Part shown: in pieces, positions 12,157 through 22,877 of the stretch | Layout: every line of letters begins with the position of its first letter | Numbering within the stretch: position 1 is the stretch's first letter | Origin: Trypanosoma brucei | Lineage: Eukaryota | Reading direction: 5' to 3' | DNA length: 64,000 nt | NCBI GenBank assembly: GCA_000002445.1 | Contig: AL929603.2 | Span: 352,001-416,000, forward strand | Position numbers and translations under genes: made by a program | Notes under the pieces: generated by a model | Told to the model about the DNA's origin: nothing | Databases searched by the model: none | The model's input: the letters and a program-made list of their open reading frames with translations, nothing else

Positions 12157-14696
12157 GTATTTATCAACTGAAACGAATTTCCCTTCCATCTTCTTGCGAA
12201 ACTTCCTCACATGGATGCAGCCTTTGTGCGTGGATGATAAATACGTGAATACGTTCGCTTATATTCAATACATAAGCGGGTGCAATTGTCGTTGTTGTTG
12301 TTGTTGTTTGTGCACGCGTACATGAAACATTTTCTCATTATTATGTGCTTATGTTTCCTTTCCTTTCCTTTTCTCTCTCCCTCTTTTCCGCACGCGCACA
12401 CAAACATGCACATGAATATGCGCAACATCTTATTAAATATGATTGCTGGAGTTGTTTTATATTAATAATTTTGGTCCCCTTCCTTTCTCTTCATCTCCTC
12501 CTTGAGTAAATGGATAAATTCCATTTTATACACTATGTAAGGTTTAATATATAAATATATAAATAAATATATATATATATATATATTAGAAAAAATGAAA
12601 GGAAGGAGAAGGCAGCGAAAATAAAAGAATAGAAGAGAAAAGATAGGAGAGGAGAGGAGGAGAAGGGGGGAAAAAAGAAGAAATTAAGAAAAAAAAAAGT
12701 AAAATGTGATAATTATAGAAGAATGAACAGTGGTGTCCGAGCCGGAATGTTAAATAGTCCAATTGATGTGAGAGAGAAAGTAAGAGAAAGAGAGAGAGAG
12801 AGAGAGAAGTCCTAGGATTTCAAACAACATCATTCATGGGATATATAGGAAGCCAAAAAAAGGAACATATTTGTCTTTTGTCTTTTGTCTTCTTTCTTTG
12901 GAAAAAAATAATAATTCATCATTGCCTTATATATATATATATCACTCAGTGATCACGTAAGCTAATGATGAAAAGGGAACAAATGCATTTCATCGGCACC
13001 TCGCCTACGAGAAACCCGGAAGGTTACGCATAACCCGACTCAAGAAATTACGGAATTATCCAGTGGGAAGGAAAAAGCAACAACAACAACAACAACAACA
13101 AAACAACCACATGTAACTCAGGACTCAATACTTTACAAGTGAGGAAAAAAAATAAAAATAATTACAAACTTAAGTTTTTATTGGAGGACCGGCTTTGGAA
13201 GCCGTCATATCGAAAGACCGCCATCTTTAGTTTTCCCCTTTTGTTTGTTTGTTTGTTTGTTTTTGTCCCTCGGAAAGATGAGTTGAAACTCACTTCAACA
13301 ATATCATGTGCCCAATACTTTCCATTACCATAAGAGAGAAAGAGTGAAAGAGAGAGAGAGGGTACTCTAAGTTATTATGCATTGTAGTTATATATTTATA
13401 TGTACATTAATATTAATATTAATATTTTTGTTATTTAATTTATATATTTATATATATTTATATATTCATGTTGGTCTGTTGGTATCCATGCAAAACCGAC
13501 CCGTGCATGAAATGTGGACTTTCATAACATAATATAAACTCAAATTCGGTACTGGTTGCTTGATATTACGGTAACGCATTTACTGCCAAAAGGCGAACAA
13601 TTCTCTGAAGGAAGAAACAAATATAGGCGCATGCATGCAAAAAAAAAAAAACAACAACACAAAAGAGGAAAATATGGCTTCAGGAAAAGAGGCACGGAAG
13701 CGAATCAAGAAGAAAAATAAAAATAAAAAATTAGAAAGTGGGTGGGAAGGGGCGAAGAGAAATATTTCTATTAGTGGTGAATGTTATGTAGATATGCACT
13801 CAGCAGAGACATTAATATAGACATGTGAAAAAATAAGTAGGTGTGTATACAATAAATATATATATATATGTGTGTGTATATGTATGTATATATATGTATA
13901 TAAATGTATATGGTGGTGCGTGTTATAAGAGGAGGAGGTTTAATAGTGTGGGATTTGTACAGTTGTTTCTCTCTTATCAATTCATTCGTCTGTTTCTGTG
14001 TTTTCCTCTCACCATGTATCGATAAGACGGGAATTGTCACCCGAAAGTTTGTTAATGCACTTGTTTTCTTTTTCTTTTTTTTTTTACTTTCTCGCATTTT
14101 CTGTAGCCCAGTGCCACTTCGACTACCATTACTATTATTATTATTATCAGTAGCAGTAATAGTAGTAGTAATATCAATATTTGCTTTGGTGTTATTAAAG
14201 TTGATATGTTATGAGTGTTGTGATTGTGACTGTTAAGATTTAATTTCTTGTTTCCCCTCTGTGAGTGTATTTTTATATATTATTATCATTGTTATTTTAA
14301 TCTGTAATCTCTTTGTTTTATTTATGTCTCTCTCTCTCTCTCCCTCTTTGTTTGTCTCTTTGTTTTACGTCCACTTCTTCAATTCGTTTCTTCTTTCACT
14401 TTCCCTTTTTTTTTTCGTAAAAAAATTGTGTCCCTTCCGTTTAACCACGCAATTTTCTGTTGTGTTTCACTGCATTGCATTCACATTTGACGGGGTTAGC
14501 CGGAAGGGAAGTGAAACACACAAGAAAACAAAAGAAAAAGGTAAAGTAAAACAGAAAAAAAGAGTAAAGGGAAGTTATTTATTTATTTTTATTTTATCTT
14601 CTGTTCGTATTTGTCGTCCGCGCGACATTCGGCGTTTGTTTTTGTGTGCGCGGTTTTGGCTGTTAGTTTCATATCCAGTCGGATCCGTTCAGTGGC

Positions 14697-14945
14697 GTGG
14701 CTGTGCGAAAAAGTTTAAGGAGGAGGAGGAGGAGGAGGGGAAGGAAAAAGAAGAAAAGAAAAATAAAAGAAGCAAGAACAAAAACAAAAAAGAAAAAGAA
14801 GAGGAAAGAAAAGGGGAAAGGGGCGCGGCTCATCTGCACTTTTACTCCATTGCATTCGCCCTTTAAAAGAAAAAAAAAGAAAAGAAGGGAAGGGAAGGGA
14901 AGGGAAGGGAAAAGAAGGAGGAAACAAAAAAGAAGAAAATTCCTT
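14697..14945 (+). repeat. Purine-only GA-rich block ((GGA)n, (AAGGG)n, A-runs) on the coding strand within a spacer
   Basis: gaggaggaggaggaggagg ... gggaagggaagggaagggaagggaaaag. It produces spurious K/E/R-rich ORFs on both strands. A similar block lies at about 26220-26345. Confidence 0.8.
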
Positions 14946-15864
14946 TATCCCTTTCTTGTGCCATCGTCATCGCAACACTATAAACAATAGGGAACGTGTG
15001 TAAACCTTTTCTCTATCTCTCTCTATCTCTCTCTTTTTTATTATTATTATTTTCTTTGTTCCATACAAACACACAAGCCGACTTAACATAAGGCAGTTGG
15101 GGCGGAAGCCGCGGGCACCACCACTGCTGTAGTTGTTTTTTTTTAGTTTTTCTTTGTTCTTTCGTGTCTTATCTTATTTTAATTTACTCTTGTTTTTTGT
15201 TTTAGTGCTTTTTTTCTTTGATTTATTGTTCTTGTCGGCACCGTTATTGTTATTGTTGGTGCTACTCCCAGTGGTGCATTACTTTGGACGAGGCAAAGTA
15301 GTCCATTTTTTTTTAAAAATTATTCCTCCTCTTTGTTCTCTTTCTTTTATTTAATTCATATTTTTTTTTACTATTTGTTACCGTTATTATTTGTTTATTT
15401 GTTGTTTCCATTTATTTTAATTTACTGTCCTGTCATTCACTTTCTTTACGAAGGTGTAAGTTGGGAAAAAACGTGCGCACGGGAGAGAAACAGAAATACA
15501 AATACATACAGAAGTTAGGGGAGAAATAAATTAAAGCAAAAAAGAAAAAAAAGAGAAGAAACAACAGAACGAAACAGAAGAAAAACGGAAGGGGAAAAAG
15601 AACAGAATTAAGTGACAACACAGTGAGAAGAAGGAGTGAAAGCGAAAAAGGGGGAAAACAAACAGTAACAAAGCAAAAGAAAAAAAGAGTGAAATTCTCT
15701 GCTTAATAAAAAGCAAGTGTATATAACATATATATCTGTATATATATATATATACCTATAATTTGTTTATTTATTTATATATTTGTCTTGTTATTGTTAT
15801 TGTTATTTTTTTTATTTTTGATTACTTTGCCATTGATATATATATATATATATATTTGTTAACA

Positions 15865-17622
15865 ATGGGTGGTATTCCTTCACGCGACGCGCCTACTACA
15901 TTGTTTTGCCTTCGGTACGGCACCCATGAGGTAGGACTCATTCCCCTCGTGTACCGCTACTTTCACAGTGATAACAAGGAGTTGCGAGAGCAGTTTGTGC
16001 GGGTGCGTAATGATCCGAGCATACGCTACAGCTTCATGCGTAGCCCCGAGTATCGTATGGATGAAATACCAAAGAAAGTGTATACAGAGAAGACTCTGGA
16101 CAAGTTCCTTGATGTTATCGATGAATCACTTTACGATTCCACAAGTGCGATGCTCGCAGATGAAGACGCGCCATTCCGGCCCGTTCCTTGCGCCGTTTGC
16201 TTCGTGTATGTTAATGGTCGTGAGGGATCTGATTGTTTTTCATTCTATGGCCGCCGCATTAATATCATTGGTCACTTTGGCTGTTACGAATCCGAGGATA
16301 GGGTTAGTGAAGGCCCATGCCTCCACGCCCGAAAAACTATTTTGAAGGCTGCGGGTGATCGCACGCTGGAGCGTGTTGTTACACTGGCCGCTATGATGCT
16401 CAAAGGGGAATTCTTCCGCGCCGTTCAAACGGTGTGCCCCACGCGGGACCCACTGGCAATGTTAAAGCGCCGACTGAATCCCTTGATACTTGTCGCCTCT
16501 ACACCATGGAACAGTTACCCCACCTTGAAGTTTGTTTACGATACCGCCGTTATTGCATGGGCGTATGGAAAGGAAGTCGTTGAGGCGGATCCGCCGCGCC
16601 TCTCCATGTACGAAATTGAACAAAGCGGTGAGGGTGGCTTATGTATGCGAGTCAGTGGCTCGGTGCTTTTGTGGGCTGTTATGCGCGTGTGTGAGACACT
16701 TACGCTTTCTGCAGTGCGTGGATCCTGGGAGCAGTACGTGCTGGATGACTTTGAGATGCAGCAGAAGGAAAAAATTGTCTCCCAGTGGCTTTCCACAAGC
16801 CCACATGTAAACAGTTTCCTCGGGTCAGAAACATTCACCGACCTCGTACAGAAACGACTGGCTACTCTTCTGCGGGAAGTTGTGCGCGCCCGTGAGACCC
16901 CGACAGAAGACACAACGCTGTGGGGTGAATCACAGGAGTATAGTCATGATGGAAAACTCTACCGTATCTTCAATTCCCCAACTTGCGGCCCTTTCCTTGC
17001 AACTGTGAAGAAGAAGGTGCCTAAGCGGGGAAGCAGCGCCAACACCGGCAATGCAAGTATTACAAGTGCAACTGGTGGTGACTCAGCGAGTGACCGGCGC
17101 TCCAGTGGTGTTCACCTCACGGACTCACCCAGCAGTGGTGGAGAAAATAAATCCCGCAGCTCCGGTCAGGGGAACCCCCGATCCAAAAACAATGGCAACC
17201 AACCTTCTGGTTTCCCCGCACACAACAATGCTGGTCAGCCCCCGCAGTACAAAGATGCTGTCAATAGTGTTCTCCAGTCGCAGTTCGCAACAGCTGCGCA
17301 GCGTGTCGTGTATCAAATGCCGCCTCCCGTCGGCAAAACCTCTCAGGGCCAAGTGTCCGTTTCCCCTCAGATGTCACCGCAGTTTGTACCGATGTTTCAA
17401 ACTGCACCTCCGCCACCCATGCAGCAATTTAGCGTTCCATATGTTGTAATGGCGCCACCCGAGTCACAGCCGCAGCCGCAGCCGCAACCTCAACCTCAAC
17501 CACAACCCCAAATGGGAATGGTGTTCCCAAGCACTGTTGCAAATTATGTGCTTTTGCCAGATGGGCGGGTCGGAATGATCAACGCACCAGCGCCCCCCAC
17601 TATGGGCTTCTGGGGTCAGTGA
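15865..17622 (+). CDS. Paralogue B of the same family
   Basis: The track ORF starts at a TTG at 15763, inside a TA repeat. The first in-frame ATG at 15865 gives MGGIPSRDAP, which aligns with the N-termini of paralogues A and C. Shared motifs are GLIPL, PVPCAVCFVY, IIGHFGC and GDRTLERV. The C-terminus carries a (QP)8 run and is P/Q-rich. Confidence 0.75.
   Translation: MGGIPSRDAPTTLFCLRYGTHEVGLIPLVYRYFHSDNKELREQFVRVRNDPSIRYSFMRSPEYRMDEIPKKVYTEKTLDKFLDVIDESLYDSTSAMLADEDAPFRPVPCAVCFVYVNGREGSDCFSFYGRRINIIGHFGCYESEDRVSEGPCLHARKTILKAAGDRTLERVVTLAAMMLKGEFFRAVQTVCPTRDPLAMLKRRLNPLILVASTPWNSYPTLKFVYDTAVIAWAYGKEVVEADPPRLSMYEIEQSGEGGLCMRVSGSVLLWAVMRVCETLTLSAVRGSWEQYVLDDFEMQQKEKIVSQWLSTSPHVNSFLGSETFTDLVQKRLATLLREVVRARETPTEDTTLWGESQEYSHDGKLYRIFNSPTCGPFLATVKKKVPKRGSSANTGNASITSATGGDSASDRRSSGVHLTDSPSSGGENKSRSSGQGNPRSKNNGNQPSGFPAHNNAGQPPQYKDAVNSVLQSQFATAAQRVVYQMPPPVGKTSQGQVSVSPQMSPQFVPMFQTAPPPPMQQFSVPYVVMAPPESQPQPQPQPQPQPQPQMGMVFPSTVANYVLLPDGRVGMINAPAPPTMGFWGQ
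17467..17512 (+). repeat. (CAGCCG)/(CAACCT) hexanucleotide repeat encoding (QP)8 in paralogue B
   Basis: Sequence: cagccgcagccgcagccgcaacctcaacctcaaccacaaccccaa. Confidence 0.8.
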
Positions 17623-19892
17623 GCGAAGCTTCTGCGCTGCGGAGAGTGGGGGAAGTGTTTTTCTTTTTTTTTTATTTTTTTACTCTTTTTATTTTTATGT
17701 TGTTGGTGTTGTGTTATTATTATTATTATTAATCACTGGCAGTGTAAATATGTGCCTGGTTACGTCGGTATTGGTGTACGTATATAAACATATATATATA
17801 TGTATTCGCTTTGTTACCCGCATTCTTCCACTTCAAGAAGGGCAAAAAGGAAGAGAAATAAAAGAAGAAATGTAACTTTGTGTTTTGGTTTTTATTTGCC
17901 CCCCCCCCTCCCGGTTTCTTCGCTTTGTCTCTCTTCTCCTGCATACACGTGCGCTATTGTGTTGCGGGCCAAAATGGTGTCATTTGTTTGTTTGTTTATT
18001 TGTTCAGTGTTAAAAAGTTTTCACTGCTTCATCATTTGTAGCTGTGGTGGTGCTTCTTTTTTTCTTTTTCTTGTGTGTGCATATATATATATATATATAT
18101 ATTGACGTTGTTTATTTTTGTTCCGTGCGGTGCCGAGTGACCGCTGTTGTTCCTAACTTTTGGGTAGACATCACTAAAACGCATTTCTACTTTGTAGTTG
18201 CTATCGTTGTTGTTTTTTTCAAAGAAAAATATTTGTTTATTATTACTATTTTTTAATAATATCTTCCAGCAACTGAAGAAAAAAAATAATAATTATAATA
18301 ATATATATTATAATTTAATTATTTATTGGGTTTGATAACTTGTTTGGTACATTTTCAAGGAACCAAAATTTTTTTGTAGAATTTATTTTATTTTATTTTT
18401 TTCGTTTTTTCCCCTTAAATTGAAGTAAGAAAGGGGACAAAGAGGAAGAAAAAGAAAATAAAATGAGGGATAAGGTCAAAATAAATAAGGGAGCGTTGAA
18501 ATTAAAGAAAAAAAATATGTATTTTTTCGATACCTCTCATAAGTCTTCTTTAAAAAAAACGAGACCCATGTTATTTAATAAAACAATTCAGAGAAAACGA
18601 AATGAGAGAAGAGGGGTAAAAAAAAGAGAAAGATACAAAACGCCATTTCATTGATGGCAATGTGTTGAGTGAATGGGACATTGCATTTTTATATTTTTTT
18701 TAAAAAATATATATATTAAATGAATGATAGTTAGCGAAATGAAGCAGAAAGAAAAAAAAGAAAAGAGAAGAGGAGGTAGAGGGAAGAGATGATATTAATA
18801 ACCGACCATTGTAAGAAAAGTGAAGAAAAAGGAAAAAGAAAAGGCATTGTGTTATTGCAGAAAAGACACAAACATGATGCCGTGTAGAGGAGGAAAATAT
18901 ACTCCAAAATAATAATTAAAAAAAAAAGGAAGAAGCGCTGTGGCACCTACGCAATCACATTTATAAATACCTAAATATTTAAATACAAGACAAATCAAGC
19001 GACACATGTATATTTGTATTTAATGTATTTATAATATATTTGTTTATTTATATATACGTATACATACATACACGAATGAACAAATAAACACAGAAATATA
19101 TATATATATATATATATTTATTTATATTTATATTTATATATATACACGCATACTTAATAACAAATACCCCAGAGGAACATGGTTTCACGATTGTCAGCCT
19201 TTTCCTCGTTATTTTATCTTTTTTTTTTTTTACTACCAAAATACTGAGAACCCCCGCCGATTTTGTATTTCTTTTTTAAAATTTCATGTTTACCATCGTC
19301 ATGATGTTTATTTATCACTGCTACTAATTATTATTGTTGTTGTTGTTGGTGTTGGTGCTGTTGGTTTTTTTTATTTTCTTTCGTTGTAGCTGCGTAACGC
19401 AAATCGTTTTGTTTGTTGATTGTGCCCCCATTTTAATATATTTTCTTTTTTCCCCTTTTTTACACTGTTTTTTTTTGTTTGTGCTCCCATAATTTTTTTC
19501 AATGATTGTTTTTTATTTTTAAATTTCTTGTTATTATTGTTGTTGTTACTATTTTTTCTAAATTTATTTTGCGGACATATTTATATTTCAATATTTAATG
19601 CGTCCATTATAATTATTATCACTGGTTTCATTATCACCTCGTCTTGTTTTTTGTCTTCGTCATGAATCTGCGGACGTATTTCTCATAATGTCCAAAATAA
19701 ATAAATAATAGTAATAATATTAATATATATATATTAATATTGTGTGATGCGTATTTCTATCTCTTATTTTCAACTTGTAAAGAGAAGGAAAAAGAAAAAA
19801 AAAGGCAACAAATCTGTAACATGCATTACTCCTCGTAGTAGTAGTAGTACTAGTAGTTTTTTTTCCCCCAACCAGCTCCCGTTTTTGGCCGT

Positions 19893-19901
19893 TATTTTTA
19901 A

Positions 19902-19954
<53 letters not shown>
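19893..19954 (+). repeat. (TTA)~20 microsatellite in an intergenic spacer
   Basis: Perfect ATT/TTA triplet run. Confidence 0.9.
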
Positions 19955-19956
<2 letters not shown>

Positions 19957-20355
19957 TTGCTCCTCATCTACATCTTTTGTCGTTGTTATTGATGTCTTTT
20001 TTTTTTGTCTCGTGGAGGGCAGCAAAATAATAATTAAAAAAAAAATAATAATTTTAAAAGAAAAAACAAAAACACAACACAGAGCAAAAAGGAAAAAAAA
20101 AGAAAGAAAATGGTAGCGGGGAATCGTGTTGGGGTTTAAGCGAGAAAAAAAAAATAATAATTCCAAGCAACAGCACCAACAATATTAGTAGTAGTAATAA
20201 AAACAAACAAAAAACAAATATCTCTTTTTTTTTTGTCTTCTTAAAAAGTTGTGTGTATAAAAAGTTCCTGCACGCGGATGTGGACCTCCTTCCTCGTCCC
20301 ACTTCTCGTATTTTATTACTATTATTATTGTTATGATTGCCATCATATATATTAC

Positions 20356-20393
<38 letters not shown>

Positions 20394-22199
20394 CCTGCAC
20401 ATATGCTCCGAAACATATATGAATAAATACAAAAAAAACTAAATATTTATTATATATTTATACATAATTGTTTTCATCATGTTTTAACACTTCCAATATA
20501 AATGTGAGTGATTTTATTTTATTTTTTTGACGTGTACGTGTACGTGTATTCAATTTCCTTCTAACGAAATGAAATGAATGCCCTTGAAAAAGAGAGAGAA
20601 GTGAAATAAAAAAAACAAAAAAATTGAAGTAAATGGGAGGGCTGAAGGGGTCGTGTACTCCTAATTTTAATTTTAATTTCTTTTGTTTTGTGACTTTTTG
20701 TTGTTGTTTTCGTCGTTTTCTTTCCTTTTCTTTTTTTTGTTAAAGCACCCGACGCCGCGTGTAATGACGCAGTGGGAAGCAGTGGTGTAAACAATTCCAA
20801 GAGAGCAAAGGAGTTGAAAAGTGGAGCAACAATAAATAAATATAATTTGTAAAATTATTGTGTGACGAAACAAAACAAAGCACAACAAAACGGAAATAAA
20901 ATATATATGTATGTAGATATATATATATATATATATTGAGTAAATGAGTGAATACCCCTCTTTTTTTTTATTTTATTTTTTTGAGTGTGAGGAGAGAGGA
21001 GAAGGAATATTAATGAAGGAGCGGATTGTTTTCTAGTTAAACAAAAAAAATTATATAGAAACTGGTAGAAAACACACGGGATGGAAATTGAGCGGTAAAA
21101 ACTTGAGAAGAGGACGAAGTTTTAAGAAGGATATGCGAGCGATGTACATTTCATTTTATTTTTTGATTCTCTTTTATTACTATTATTATTTTTACTTTAC
21201 TTTTTTTTCTTTTTCTTTCTCTTTTTATATCTTATATGATTATTAATATTTTGCCTCTTTTTAATAGAGGTTCATGCAGCGCATTCGCCTTCGTTGGTGC
21301 AGTTCTTCATGATCAATTCGTAAATCTCAACCCGCCGCGTCACTTTTTTCCTCCCATTTTGTTGTGTTTGATTTGAAAGGGGGGAATGGGGTAAAAATTA
21401 GAAGGAGAGCCATTGTGTTGTTCATTCGCAAGTGTGTTGTTATTAAAATTCAACTTATATATATTTCTTTATTTTTCTGTATATTTTTAACGCATTTTTA
21501 CTTTTAAATAAATAAATAATATATATATATATATATATGACTATTGATTTTCTCCTCCTTATTTGGTCGTTGTTGATACTTGTATTTCTTTTTTTTTTTT
21601 TGTGTGTGTGGTTTGTTCGTAAGTTTAACTCATCCTCTGTTACCATTACATATGTGTGTTTGTGTGAAGGAGTGCGATAGAGCGAGAAGGAAACAGAGAG
21701 TGTGTTTGTGTGCATTTGAAAGAAAGACAAAAATAAAAAGCAAAGCGAAGAGGGTGAGAGTATATATATATATTATTATTATTAAACCAACAATAAAAGA
21801 GGGAAAGTGGGGGAAGGTAATGGAAGTGTGAAATGTTGTCGTGCATGAAATTTCGAAGATATGCGTACGATCTAATTTTATGTATTTGTGTTTGTTTACA
21901 CGCGTGCGTGACATAAGTAAATGGAAGTGTGGGATGGGACATGGACAAATAATTGCCATTTGAAATATTCGTTAATTGCATCCCACCCTGTCCAATTCCT
22001 TTTGTGGCGCTCCGTGTCCTGCTCAACTCCATCCCCTTTATTTTATTTCTTTTTTGTCGTTTATTTTATTTTATTTCAGGCCCATTGTCAATTTCATTTA
22101 TGCTCTACGTGTTAGCTCTACTAATGACTTTGCAATGTCTTCATGTTTCATAACCCTTATTGGTTTTATCATTTTTACTGAATCACTTACTCGCTGTAC

Positions 22200-22262
22200 A
22201 TCACTCTGTTTCTTCTTCTGTTCTTATGTTTTTTCTTTTTTGTTTATTTATTTATTTATGAA
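22200..22262 (+). promoter_or_regulatory. Pyrimidine-rich tract in the spacer upstream of paralogue C
   Basis: tttcttcttctgttcttatgttttttcttttttgtttatttatttatttatg. It is one candidate among several, because the 5' UTR could also be long. Confidence 0.25.
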
Positions 22263-22877
22263 ACAACAACAACTACAATCATGAACAGGTCTTAAAGTCA
22301 CTCCAGGGGTGTGAAAAAAGACAAAGTAAAAGAGGGAAAGAGAAATAGGTCTTTTCGCTCTTTTTTTTACTTTTACTTTTGTTTATTTTTCTTTTTCCAT
22401 TTCCATAAAGGAAACTGTCATTTATACGAGAAAGACAGGGGAAACCCAAATAAAGGAGGGAAAAGAAACGTGATCATCGAAAAACAAAATAATAAATCTT
22501 TTTGTCATTGTTTCTGCCTAACCTTTAGCGAGGTTATATAACGCTAAAGTGCAGAATCAGAGAAGAGGCTGAGGGGGAAAAAAAAAGAAAAAAAATACCG
22601 AAACGGGGAAGACAAAAGAAAAGAAAGATAATAATAATAATAATAACAAGAACAAGAACAAAAACAGGGAAGCAAGAGAACCGAGTGAGGAAAAGGGTAA
22701 CTTTGTGACAGGAAGGACCTTACATCAAAGGGGAAACACCTTTAGAGAAGAAAACGTTGCTGTAATTTCGCATTTGCCACACGGAAAAGTGTAGCAGACA
22801 AGAAAACGAAACAAGCAACAACTACGAGCACAAACACAACAAACGGCAAACAGCGACGGTGACGGTGACGAACAAAT

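Noticed and set aside
12955-13080. Possible C/D snoRNA (TGATGA C-box at about 12966)
   Set aside because: There is no CTGA D-box and no terminal stem within 60-120 nt downstream. I cannot support it without a covariance-model search.
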